Positions 44,393-56,604 of a stretch of 64,000 nucleotides of DNA are shown piece by piece (the first letter of the stretch is position 1; every line of letters starts with the position of its first letter). The DNA comes from Vitrella brassicaformis CCMP3155 (lineage: Eukaryota; Protista; Chromerida), in assembly GCA_001179505.1 (NCBI GenBank), contig CDMY01000542.1:124001-188000 (forward strand). Direction: 5' to 3'. The notes below the pieces were generated by a model, which did not search any database, was not told where the DNA came from, and saw only the letters and a program-made list of their open reading frames with translations. The translations under genes were made by a program, and so were the position numbers.

Positions 44393-45160
44393 CTACATGG
44401 CTCCAGGCCACCCGCCCTTTCCTCCCTGATCCTTGTCGTCCTTGCCCCCCCCTCCCCCCTTGTGGTCGTCGTGTCCCTTGCGGCCCTTCTGAGGACTCGG
44501 TTTCTTGCTTCGCTGCTGGTTTCGGTGAGGGCTCTTCGGCAAGGCCGGCGGGGGAGGAGGCTGCATGTCGGCAGGAGACAGCAACAGCAGCAAGGACATA
44601 TGCACACGTGTTGATGTTTGCGTGTGTGTGTGTGCGTGTGTGTGGCCATACCGAGTGGGGGATCTGGTGCTTGTCCAGTATTTCGTTGGCGAGGTCCTTT
44701 GGGGTCTTCTTGCGGAGAGACAGCCCCCTCTGGTCGGGCGAGAGGCTGCGTTCCCCGCCAATCCGCTTGACGACCTCGTTGTAGAGCCAGGCGCGTCCCT
44801 CAAGTCGGTGTGCCTCCACGAACCTGCCGAGCTGCTCCCTCAGGCGGTCGAGTGCTTGCTGCTCTTCGTCGATCGTGGCGTTGGCCCATCTGCCTTGGGG
44901 CGGGGACGGGGGGGAAACGAGATCAGCTGAAGGAAATGACAAAAAAAGTGTGTGGGTGTCTGTAAGCGTCTTTCTGTGAGTGAATGTGGACCGGGAGATG
45001 CGATGGTGAAGCGAGCGAATCGGGGACGCGCAGTGGCCGTGGTGGTGGTAGTGGTGGTTGGCGCTCCTGTGGTGGAGGGCAGCCCCTGCGCCTGCGTGGC
45101 CCCCACGTACGCCTCTACATGCACAAGCGACAGCAAAAACAGCCAATGCACCGAAACACA
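44393..45160 (-). CDS. Hypothetical protein with Thr-rich linker and Lys/Gly-rich tail; possible signal peptide
   Basis: WLFLLSLVHVEAYVGA, PTTTTTTTATA, exon EEQQALDRLREQLGRFVEAHRLEGRAWLYNEVVKR; start unresolved. Confidence 0.35.
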
Positions 45161-45285
45161 GAGAGAGAGCGAATGTTTTGTGGGTGACAGACCTGTAGTT
45201 TGAGAAGTTGATGCCCCACCGAGCGCTCCAGCAACCGTGGCGCCAGCCGACACGCCATCACCAACTCAACTAGTGGTACCTGAAT

Positions 45286-46208
45286 ATGATAACAAGAGCA
45301 TGCTCATGTCCCTTTCTCATACCTCTGCTCACCCGCCGGGAACTGTGCCCCTCCTATCGATGCCCCAAGACCTCCAACGGTAGCAGCCCCCATGCCCAAG
45401 GCACCAGTGGACACCGTGGACGTGCCTGCGGAAGGGCTGACGGTGGCGGGCGCCATGGCTGGGAGGGATGGGCCGCCCGAGGGAGGCAGGTGCAGACTCG
45501 CACCAAACAATCCTCCACCTAGATAAGACACGGAACGCACAAATGTGCACCTGATTTGTCACGCATGTGTGTGGTTGGGGGGGTGGGAGGAGCGCCTACC
45601 TGTCTGTGTCTCTTGGACCGACGTCAACGAGATGCCAATAGCGCCGCCCGAGTCGGACGCTGGAGCTGAAATGGCCGTTACAGTGCTGCCAGCACACCTG
45701 CGCACCAAGAACGAAGAGAAGAAAAGGCACACCCAGATCCAGCTTAAGGAAATGACCACACAGCTTGTGAGACAATGCCCCCTTTGCTGAATGCCAAACA
45801 ACAGCATTGAGACATTCAGTAATAGTGGGCTGCGTACCGGATGGCCGGCCGTCGTCCTCGAATTGCAACAAATGTTGCGCCAAATTCCTCGCCTCGTCGA
45901 AACGGCCGCCTTCGGTTTCAGGAAAGTCAGTTCCCTGTCCGAAGAACATATACAGAAGAGATGGTCAGCTGTGGTACATCGCGCATTAGTCACTTACCTT
46001 CTTAGTGCACTCGTATGCTTCGGACGTACTGACGTTGTCAGCGATATCGAATGGAAACCTCTGGTACAACATCATGTATCTGATGGATGCAAACAAGCAA
46101 GACCCATACATCGACGAAAATACATTTGATGGAGACACGTCACTGCTTCAACGCTTACGTATCACCCCAACCGCCCACATGTCGGAGGCCTTTGAGTATC
46201 TCCCTTGA
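45286..46208 (+). pseudogene. Degenerate coding-like remnant with internal stops
   Basis: Protein-like stretches (LLSMPQDLQR*, QLKEMTTQLVRQCPLC*, YASDVLTLSAI...LLQRLRITP) broken by stops; no firm homology. Confidence 0.25.
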
Positions 46209-46337
46209 AGGCACTCAGCGGCCTATTCACACATGAACAGCGACCAGAGAGCCAGCAAGCAGGAGGCAAGGTAGGATTGGGCGTGTCGTATGCGTGGCCG
46301 CTCGTTCACTCACTCACTCGCTTACTCAATCACTCAC

Positions 46338-47948
46338 TCACCATATAGGGTCATGGAGCACATCGATCCTGAGGTCGTAATCCTGCAGCGCCGACACAGC
46401 CTTCTTGACGTAATCGGTGAATGTCTCCTGGTCTTGCTGGAGTTGGAAAAAGAGCTCGCCGGAGGCGGGTGCGCGGGCGATGAGCTCATCCATCGCTTGT
46501 GCCCGGACAGAAGCCCTTTCGTCAACCACCCTCCCATCACCATCAACGGCCTCGGCGAGGTCAAAATCGCGCAGCCTCGGCCCCTCCTCTTGTCGCACAA
46601 AAACAATGTTGTCCGCTTTGAGATGATCTGAAAAGGCACATAAAGCAATCAACCCCACTGCGAGAAGGCTGTTGCGCATCTCCTGGTTCTCCGGTTGACT
46701 TATGTGGTAGAAGCCAACGATCCCAAAGAACAGCGCAAAGCCGAGCATCACCGCTTCCCAACCACCGCCACCCAGCCTTGGCAACGCCCCACGGAACGGC
46801 GTGCACGCAAGTACGTCGCTGTCCTGGATGTGCTCGAGAGCGAGGAACAGCCTGTCGATGATGACTCTGCAGTGGAATTCTGGCAGTTGGCCCTCGAAGC
46901 TGTCCAGGTAGCTGCTGAGAGTGATGCCGCTCAGCTTCTCCAGCACGATGTTGACGTAGTCGGCACCCACAATGTATGGGGGGCTGTCGTGCTGGAGAAG
47001 CTCGTAGACGGCGCGTGCAGTGGGGCAGCTGAGGGCAACGACGTGAAGCCACACAATTCCACAACACATCATCTGCAAACATTGCTTACATTGCTGATTG
47101 TCTCGATGCTCTGCGCGACCCGCACGTAGAGAGGCAGGGTTTGGGGTACGTGTCGACAACGAATCGGCACACCTGCAAAACACAGAGGCACAAAACACAC
47201 AGACACACGCACAGACGCATAGACATACACACGTACGCATCGATGCCGCATCCGCAATTGATGCGTCACCTGCGGTCGTGATGATGTTAATGTTCATGCA
47301 TAGCTCCACAGATGCTGAAAAGGGTCGCCATATTGTTTATGGGCTTCTATCACGGCCAGAACCTTGTTCCGCTCCTCTTCGATGGTGTAGATGGCTCCAA
47401 CCTTGCTAAAGATTACGGCCATCCTACGTGCCATCCTGCGGTCCTTCTTCGACTGAGCCGTCGAGAAAAGATCCCGGATGAAATTGATGAACAGCAAATC
47501 GATGGGAGTAGCCATGCTCGTGTGGAGGGGGGGACGCGCGCGTCTGTCGTGTGTCGCACGGGCCCTCACGTCGCTGGGCGCAGGAGAGGATTTGGCTATC
47601 CTCTTGACGACGCAGTGCCTCCTCGTCTCCCTGTCGATGGCCGTCCACAGCTGTGTGCCGTCCCTGAACCAATCACACATTCACACACACGGACAGATTC
47701 CCTTCTTACCCACTGACGCCCTACGTACCTCTGGCGCGGCGCCAGATCCACGTCGAGGAGAAACGCTCGGTGATGTTCTTCAAGTTCCCCATCGTGCTGT
47801 TTTGTTCAGGAGGGAACCGAAGGGAAAAACGCGTACGCACACGCCGCGAACGAGCGCTGATGGCGCTCGTCCACGCAGGGCACAGAGCGACGAAGATGGG
47901 TCTGTGCGACTAGCTGGCGCTGCTCGAGCTCACCCGTTTGAATGACAT
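46338..47948 (-). CDS. Highly divergent protein-kinase-like gene, possibly pseudokinase or pseudogene
   Basis: LWTAIDRETRRHCVVKRI (II), YVNIVLEKLSG (V), IDRLFLALEHIQ (VIa), HLKADNIVF (VIb), RDFDLA (VII); no Gly-rich loop or APE seen; splicing unresolved. Confidence 0.5.
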
Positions 47949-48175
47949 GCTGCTGGAGAGTGTGGTGGGGCGCGCGGGAGTGGACGAGGAGCGGGCCGCT
48001 GATGACAGGGATGTTGGCGACACACCACAGTGCGCCGTCGGACACCACGGATTGCAATACGATGAATTCGCAGAATCGTCTAATCTTGTTTTTTTTTCCG
48101 TCTCACGCGATTTCTCGACGAGAATTCTAATTCTCGCCAAACTTTGTGGACCTTGCATCGAACCAGCAACGTCCC

Positions 48176-49610
48176 TTATGCCCCTGCTGTCCTCTGCCCA
48201 CTATCTCGCAGATCTGGCCTCTCGCACCCAGCCGCACACGTAACAACAGCTACACCCTCCATGGCTACTCTTTCCCGATCTTCCACCCCATCACAGTCAC
48301 ACTCGTTCTGCCGTGCGTCAGCCGGCGACACATCCACCCCTACATCAATCGACTCAAGGCGGGTCGGCTGCGTGTCTGCCTTGGTCATCTTCTCCGTGCC
48401 TCTGTCCTTGTCAGCCACCATCACCTCCCCGTTTGTCTTTCTTTGTTCTCTGCGGCTCTGCCACAGCACGAGGGCAGAATGTGCAACCATGGTGAACAGC
48501 ACAATGCTCACGCCAATCAGAGCCATCGTTGAAGGCGTCTCACCCTCAGAGAGGAACACATAGAAAGGCCCCAAAACCACCTCCACATTCAAGAAGAGAG
48601 CCGCTTCTGCCGGATGGAGATATCGTGGGCCGATGGTGAGGCAGGCGAAGGCTATTGGGATGGACAAGCACCCCTGGATCACAAACCAACCGATGTCGGA
48701 CCACTTGAAGTAGCCGAGCGGCGTGAAATCGAGCTCTCCTGCTGCGGCAGAAACAATGGTTGTCAGCAGGGCGGCGTAGGCGACAATGAGCATTGGGCTG
48801 AGATGGCTGTGCTTGCGCAGCAGGGCCTTGACAACGACAAAGTAGATACCCACAGTGATGGCCACCACCAAAGCCAGCAGGTTGCCCCACAGACCACTGC
48901 CATTGATGTCATCGATGAACACAAGGGCCACACCGCTTAGAACAGCAACGATGGCCAGCCACAGAGAGAGGGGCGCGTGCTCACGGAGAAATAATGTCGA
49001 GAAGAGACCAGCGAATAGAGGATTTGACGCGATGATCCTGCGATCACACGAAAGACAGTGAGTGGATAGATGTCAGTTGGCAAGCGCTGCTTACCCGAGA
49101 GTGTTGGCGACCGTTGTCATTAGAATGGCGAATGGAAAGGAAAGCTGCGGCAGACAGACAGACACTTCAGAGCGTCAGGAACGTGCATTCAAGCATTCGG
49201 TTCGCTTAACCTGTGTGAGTGAGAGGGGAGCAATCGCGCACAGGACGCCAGGGAAGCCAGCCTTGAGTGTCCGCCATCGCTCACCAGGCGGCGTCGTGAC
49301 AAGCGTGGCGGTCAGCAGAGTGAAGAAGAGGAGGATCTGCCGCCCAAATGCAATGGTCCAGGCATTGTAGTGCTTCACCTGCCTGCAGTACGAGCAAGAA
49401 AAAGAGAACACACGAATGAACCACAAGCCGTGAATGCAATGTATCCTCCTTTCTGTGTGTATGCGTGCCGATCCCCGACCTGATCAGCAATGAATCTGGC
49501 GTGAGCACAAGAACGCCGCCGAGAACGACAAGTGTCCCCTTCAGTCTGTCTGGCAAATGCGCGCATCGAAGAATCCTCCTCAAGCCTTTCGATGATTCTC
49601 TCGTGGTCAT
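48176..49610 (-). CDS. EamA/DMT superfamily transporter
   Basis: KGTLVVLGGVLVLTPDSLLIR, IASNPLFAGLFSTLFLRE, IGPRYLHPAEAALFLNVEVVLGP, EGETPS; about 10 TM segments. Confidence 0.88.
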
Positions 49611-49993
49611 TTGTGGTGGGGCGAGCAGGACCGAGTACCACCGAGTATCACTGCCTCAGCCGCCTCAAATTCGCAAGGCGCTTGCCATTCTAAGCTCGTA
49701 GCTGATCTCGCAAAAAGGGATTTCGAGGTTCGGGCCTTGTTGGTGGTCTGTACAGTAGCAGTGAGAAGAGTGAAGACCTGTCCAGCACCGAAATCGACAG
49801 ATCCGGCGCATTCGCATCGCATGCATCATCACAGAGGTCATTGACGAGGGAGCTGGTGTGCGCATCTATTGAGGCTGTAGCTGGGCAGCAGCAAGCATCG
49901 TGTTGTGTTCCCATTCATCGCTTTGTCATTGGAAGGCAGTGAGTGAGTGAGTGGAATTCGTCGGCTGGCGGCTGTCTTTGAAGGGCAGCAGAT

Positions 49994-52108
49994 ATGGGGA
50001 CCAACTTCTCGCGCCGCATCGGCAGCCAGCCGAAAGTGGGCGTCTTCACGTAAGCCACATGATGAGATGCGCATATGTGCACGCCACACAGACATCGATT
50101 GCTCATGATTCGTGTGGCGTGTGGTGGTGTGTGTTGCACTGACTGGCGTCGTCAGGTGGGTGTCGCACCACCCGAAGAAGCTTGTGGCAGGCATCACGGC
50201 TATAGTTCTCTTCAATTCTGACTACAAGTTCGGCGAGGCCGTGCAGGTCATGGGCAACTCGGCTGGGCTCACAAACGTTCATACGGTGAGGGAAGGTCGG
50301 CACCCACCCACATCCACCACAAACACGTGAACGGGTGGTGCCATGCGTCTGTGTGGCTGTCTGTGTCAGTTATGGTTTCTTCGGATAATCTTCGGCCGGA
50401 CTCGATCGCGGTGGACGGGATTTCTCATGGCCAAACCACTCCCACACTGGACGAGGTGAGCCAACCAACACCGCGACACGAACGCTTTCTCTTCCTGACG
50501 TTAATGCCAGTGTGTGTGTGTGTGTGTGTGTGCAGGAAGCATGTGTTCGGTGCAGGTGCATATCTGCTGGGCATCAACATGGACGAGGTGCGGTATCCGA
50601 TCGACTCCTACCGCAGCATCACCGACTTCTTCTGCAGACAACTCTTGCTCGACGCTCGGCCCATCGAAGACGCACACCCATCCGCAATGGTGCCACAGCC
50701 ACACTCACACTCACACGGTGCCCTCCCAGGTTGACGCGTGTGTCATGGACTCATGTCCATCAGGTGAGCCCGTGTGACTGCAAGGTGATGACGCTCGGTG
50801 ACATCCCTCTGTCGGTGAGCCAGCGGTCGCCGACCGACATCGGTGGGGGCCTCACGGGCGAGGAGGAGGCCCTCCTTTACGACATACGGGACGACAGATA
50901 CAGACTGCCGGCCATGAAAGTCAAAGGTCTGTCGGCTGATGCTGATGCAATGCTGCTTACACAGAGAGAGAGAGGAGAATGAATGACCACATTGCATTGC
51001 ACTGCTTGTGTCGTGTCTATCTGTCCAGGCACCAGCTATCTGATGAGGCATTTTCTCGGCGAAGACCCCAGGAGGAAAGCATCGGTCAGCCACCTAAACA
51101 CGAGAGAGGAATCGCCCACACACACAAACGACTCAACATGCACTGCACCATTCTGCTTCGTGTGTGTGTGCGCAGAAGCCGCTCAAGTACTGTGTGTTGT
51201 ATCTGGGTCCTGCCGACTACCACCACTTCCACTCGCCGTGTGAGTACGACATCCGCATGGCCAAACACTTCCCCGGCGACCTCCTGCCCGTCAACAGCTT
51301 CTTCTTCAGCACATTCAACGTCAGCCAGCCAACCACATAGACAGACGCCATGACATGCAGACACCGCCCGCCCGCCCCTCCATCTGCTCATTGCAGCTGT
51401 GCTGTGCCTCTCTGTGTGGGGATGTGTTTGTGTAGGACATCTTTGCGGTCAACGAGCGTGTTGTAGTGAACGGTAATTGGCACGAGGGCAAGCTGTGGTT
51501 TGCGGCTGTCGGGGCATACAACGTGGGCAGCATAAAACTCTCATTCGACAGGGTCAGTGAGTTGGGGGGCAGCACACCAGGCAAGACACGCAGAGAGGGC
51601 CGAAAACACAGTTGCCGTGTGTGCGCCTGTCTGTGTGTCAGAAATGTTGGACCAACCGGTACCGCACCCCGCCTGTCTATCTGGGAGGGGAGGTCTTCTC
51701 CAACCAATACAAAGGTACACACACCTCACACGCATCCACCGACACAGACACCATCTCGAGACATGTCAGGCCTGATTCATCTGACTGACTGATTGCCTGT
51801 CTGTCTGTCTGTCTGTATGAGTCTCAGATGGGGTGCGGCTGGACCGATCGGAGCATTTGGGGCACTTTCGTCTCGGCTCCAGCATCATCCTCATATTCGA
51901 GGCGCCAGAGGACTGGGAGTGGACTGTGGTGAGCAGACACACACACCGGTGCTGCGTGTCCCGCCCTCACTCTTTTGTGTGTGTGTGTATGTGTGTGTGT
52001 GTTGTGCAGCAAGAGGGTCAGAAGCTGCGTGTGGGTCAGAGGTTAGGTGCTCTCAAGGGCGTTGAGCCCGTTCCCCCCGAGCAGCCGACGCCACTGCTGG
52101 CCACATGA
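49994..52108 (+). CDS. psd: Phosphatidylserine decarboxylase proenzyme
   Basis: DFFCRQL, VSPCDCKV, YLGPADYHHFHSP, NERVV, AVGAYNVGSI, autocleavage motif FRLGSSIILIFE, GQKLRVGQRL. Confidence 0.94.
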
Positions 52109-52503
52109 CGTGACGATGCGTCGAAGGGCTGCAATGCAGCCAGCGTGACGCGGGACAGACAGACAGACACTGTGGTGTGATGTGCAGCGGGTGACTGACG
52201 TGAGGGACAGACAGACGATTTGGCGGCGAAGCGTTTTGTGACATGATTGATGCGATGCCTGTAGACATATAATGGACACTTGGTGTGTATCAGACAGACA
52301 TCACTCGAACTCCTGGTCTCTCTGTGTGCCTCTGTTGCCTCTGCCCAGACACACGAAGTGAGAAGTCGAGTCTGCATGATGTGTGACACACGCCCAATGA
52401 CGGACGCAGCGTGACACACTTCAATCCACGAGTTATGAGCGTTCGTGAGTGACCCCCGAAGGAGCATTTGATGGTATATCTGTGGTTGGTGTGAGGTGTA
52501 TGG

Positions 52504-52603
52504 GTGTGTCGGCTGACCTATTCTGCCGGCCATTGGTTGGCGTAGGCCGTCAGATCAAACATAGCCGATGTGCCAGTGTGGCAGGCGATGTAGGAGGGAG
52601 AGG
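52504..52603 (+). repeat. Left about 100-bp inverted repeat
   Basis: gtgtgtcggctgacctattctgccggccatt...tgccagtgtggcaggcgatgtaggagggagagg; reverse complement of 56129-56227 with about a dozen differences. Confidence 0.88.
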
Positions 52604-53458
52604 GGCATGCGTCACACAGACAGCCCCCTCCCGCTGCAGTCAACCTGCGATCGGTCCCCGATGACATGGGCGTGTGTAGCGGCACTTGACAAATTGGCTT
52701 GAGTGCATAACATAAACTAACAGTGACAAATGCACTCACCCGTCAGTCAGCTATGTACGATACATATGACACATCGAAGAGCAGGTAGGGTACCTCAGCT
52801 GGGCTCAGTCCAGCGAAGAGTACACTTCATTGACGCCAATCAGCCACAAACGCAGGACCATGCACCATCGCCAGCCCCCTCACATATCACGTTGCTCCTG
52901 GCGATGAGACCTCATGAGGCCGTGTTGGCATCGGCTGGCACGTCCACGGCCGTCGCTTGGCCAGGGAGAACCGACACCTAGCCCCTGACAGACCAACACA
53001 CACACACACACACACACACAACACGACAGACGAGGTCTCAGATATCTGATGAGCGGCTCATCTCACTTGTCAGCTCCTCTCACGTGTCCCCGCCTGCGAC
53101 GATGCTCCGGCAAGATCAGCAAAGCTCCGCGCCTCCCATTTCCCTCCGTGTCTGCCCAGATCTCTCAATTCATCTCATCGAGCCGGACGAATCGATGGCT
53201 GGAAGCGAGAACACACACATCCTTGGGTCTGCAGGACGAGGAAACGGCTCTCGGCCACAAGGCCATCTGGTCGACCGACAACTCTGTGAAATCCGCAAGG
53301 GGAAGTCTGCTCTGCAGATCTCGCCATCAATCAATGGCATCTCCTGCCGCCCTGCAGCGGCGTTGCGCCTGTGATCCGCCATTTGAGATAGTCTCACGTC
53401 CTTTTTCCTTCTCCTCTCTGCGTTGCGAGCTTCAGCTCGCATGCAAGGGAGGAAAGGA

Positions 53459-55500
53459 ATGAAAACCGTTCATGGTGACGACAGATGCGTGCAGAGCGCT
53501 CGTGACGCCCGAGGAATCAGTCTGATTCATAACTTTGCAGGACGATGGATGGCAAAAGCGAATCAGGTGAGAGAAGAGCAGCCTGCCGGCCGGCCAAACC
53601 TCGGGCCAAACAAAGCACGTGAACGATGGGATAGATCATTGTGTGTGCTGTCTGCGTGTGAATGTGTTGTCATTCGGTCTGTCTGGTGCAGATGAGTGAA
53701 ATGGGAACCAGGGATGAGATGCTCAAACAGATTCAGGGCTATCAGACCAATCAGGCGAGGGTACCTAATCGGCACACTCACCTCACTCATTCAGTGCATC
53801 CGTCGCTCATCGGTTGCTTTGTGTTGTTTGTGTGTGCTGTGGTGTGCAGGTCAACAGTGGCATCGGCCGACTCACTCAAATGGACACCTCTGCGATCACA
53901 CCACTGGTGCGGCCAGACTGCCACACACAGCACAAAGGCCTCTGTGTCATGATGCTCTCGTGTGCTCTCATTCACTCATTCATCAGATGGTGGCCAATGT
54001 CACTCGTCAACTCGCCAATGAATCGGCCCGTCTGGCCCAGCTGGCGGACAGCATCGACTCGACCATCGCACTCACAACACACACCCGCACTCAGGTGAGA
54101 GAGAGACCACACAGTGACACACACAGACACACACAGCTGCCTGTATGTCTTTCTGTGTGTCGTCAGGCTCGGCGGTTGCACGTGACTGACATTCCCGCCG
54201 GGCCGATGAGCATCGTCCTGGCATTCTCTGACCTCACGACCGTCGGCCGCTTCAAGTCGACAGCCCGCCACTTCAGAAACGCCCTGCGGCCCATCATCCG
54301 CAATATTCGGCTGCGGAGGGCCATCGAGTGTGCGGGGGTGTGGGCTGTGGTGCGGTTCGACGATCAGCTGAGCCACGGCGATGTGATGAAGGCCATGTGG
54401 GTGATGGAGGAGGAGGGCGAGGCCGGCTGGGTTGAGGCGGCTGACACGCTCAGACTCTCCGAGCATCTCGGCTGTTGCCAGCTGCCGGTTACTGTGGGTG
54501 CTGGAGATATGCAGACACACGCCAGCAAGGCGGTAAGCACGACACACAGAAGAGGCAATGGGAAAGCTGCTGGATGTGTCATTCAGGACTTCTTGGCACT
54601 GCCCCGCTTCTGTGCGCAGTGGATGCTCGTCGGTCGCAATGTCGTCCTCCGTCGCCGCACTGGCCAACAAGACGGCACACTCCAGCTCTTCCGCCATAAC
54701 CATGAGATTCGCATCATCCACAACCAACCCGGCTTCGCCATCACCCTCAACCCGCCCCTCCCCCACCCCAACCGCCCCATCCATCCCTTCTCACAGCACC
54801 CCTTCCAGCAACACGCCAAGCCACACGACCCGCCCGTCTGTCAACGCATTGGGTGGGATGATGTTGTAGGCTTGGTGGCGGTAGGTGCCCACGACTGGCG
54901 CGCTTTCTCATCGGCGAGCTCCATGCTGAAGAGGCTGATGCTGAATTACCGGGTGATGGTTGGGGACGGCATCTCCCATTCGCCAATAGTGGCGGTAGAC
55001 CGGTGAGTGGATGGACGGCAGGTCGCCTGTACCATAGCAAATAGCCTGTGCTATGTGTCAAATGTGTGTGCATCAGGAGTGTGTGTGGTGGTTATTTGGA
55101 TCGCATCGTGACACAATCCCCTCACACGCCCCTTGACGAGTGCTCACACGTGACGGCATACGAGGCGGTCGATGGGGCCTGTGTGTAGTCGCATCGGCTG
55201 ACATCATCGTACGACCCGTTCATGGCATGGGTTGCCTTTCGCACCCCTCCAGGCACCAACCAGAACGGTACGCATGCGTGTGAGGGAACGAGAACCCCAC
55301 AACACGTGTTGTGTTGTGCCATCCTGTGGCCTCCTCTATGGCTGCGTGCAAAAGGCATCTTCATTCGTACCACCGAATCGCCAGCAGCAGGTGTGGCCCA
55401 TGACGCCCCATTCGCCCACCGATTCCCCCTGACGGCAGCCAAGGCGAGGCCCGTCCTCGGCCCCATCGCAACCATCGTCCTCGACGGCCAGGCACTCTAG
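53459..55500 (+). pseudogene. Lineage-specific multi-exon gene (F-box-like helix then unknown domain) with one in-frame TAG at 55186-55188
   Basis: HVTDIPAGPMSIVLAFSDLTTVGRFKSTARHF, CCQLPVTVGAGDMQTHASK, HDPPVCQRI, RFPLTAAKARPVLG; all introns GT-AG. Confidence 0.6.
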
Positions 55501-56128
55501 ACCATGATGTAGGCATTGTGCGGGTGTTATTGTGGGTTCTACAAGCTGACTTGCTGAACGACTAGCGTCACGGGGGACACACAAGTAGCTGACTGTCTGT
55601 CTGGTGGTAAGGTGGGTGGGCGGACTGGGTGCTGCATGATGGACAGACAGATGCGTGCGTGCGCAAGGTCTGGATGTGACGAATGCGTGTGTTGAGAAGA
55701 TTATGCGCACATCATGTCAATCGGTCCTTTGCTTTAGTCTTTTTTCTGTCCGACAAGCTATACCGTCACGTCACACAGAGAAGAGGCGCACAGATGTGCC
55801 TATTCACGTACGGATGTCCTCATGCACGGCGACAGCACACCACACGGACTGGGGCAGAAAATCGGTGCCCACGCATGGAAGATAAAGATGAAATAGAGAT
55901 GGGTGTTTCTTCTGTCAGCGGCAGCAACCGACAGACGCTCCGCAGAGCTTTGCAGATCGGATGGCTCAGCAAAGTTCTGCAGAAGAAGTGCCGCACTTTT
56001 GCAAATCGGATGGCAGCAGGGGCGATTGTGTCCGCTGACTTGCTGCCGTCCAGACGGATGTCATGAGAATCCTTCCATCAATCCGGCCACGCACCCCACA
56101 AGAGAAACAATCGCAGGTTGATGGTAGA

Positions 56129-56227
56129 CCTCTCCCTCCTACATCGCTGCCACACTGGCACATCGGCTGTGTGCAATCTGACGGCCTATGCCTAGTAATG
56201 GCCGGCAGAATAGGTCAGCTGACACAC
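56129..56227 (-). repeat. Right about 100-bp inverted repeat
   Basis: Reverse complement of 52504-52603. Confidence 0.88.
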
Positions 56228-56259
56228 TAACCACCAGGGCTGCCCTTTCCTTTCCGGCG

Positions 56260-56315
56260 AGAATTGGAGACGTTACTGGCCGGCGAGAATTTTGGACAGT
56301 AACGTCTCCAATTCT
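56260..56315. repeat. Perfect hairpin: 19-bp stem, 18-nt loop
   Basis: agaattggagacgttactg (56260-56278) / cagtaacgtctccaattct (56297-56315). Confidence 0.9.
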
Positions 56316-56604
56316 GACACAAGAAATTTCATTTCGGCGTTTGGCATCAGTTCGTCCGTGTTCTGTTCTCTGCTCTCCCGTAATCACTTCGTCGCACCAG
56401 CTCCACGCCATCGAGGCACCTCTCCGACCGACTGACGACGGTGGGTGCCCCGATGAGACCGTCCTACTCCGCCCCCCTCATGGGATGTGTGTCCACCGGC
56501 TGGGCCCAGCCACAGCAGCGAGATGGCACGGCCGCCAAGCGACCGAGGACGGAGCGGAGTCGTGGACTTCGCTTTCCCCTCGGCCCGCACGGAGACGCTT
56601 ATAC

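Larger units (their letters stand above)
52504..56227. mobile_element. Candidate non-autonomous TIR element carrying a host-type spliced gene
   Basis: Bounded by about 100-bp inverted repeats; no transposase and no clear target-site duplication seen. Confidence 0.35.

Noticed and set aside
53049-53442. Possible transposase remnant inside the inverted-repeat cassette (also 55780-56100)
   Set aside because: Short ORFs on both strands show no DDE, zinc-finger or other recognisable transposase motif.
56260-56330. Helitron 3' terminus
   Set aside because: No CTRR end a short distance after the hairpin on either strand, and no Rep/helicase remnant seen.
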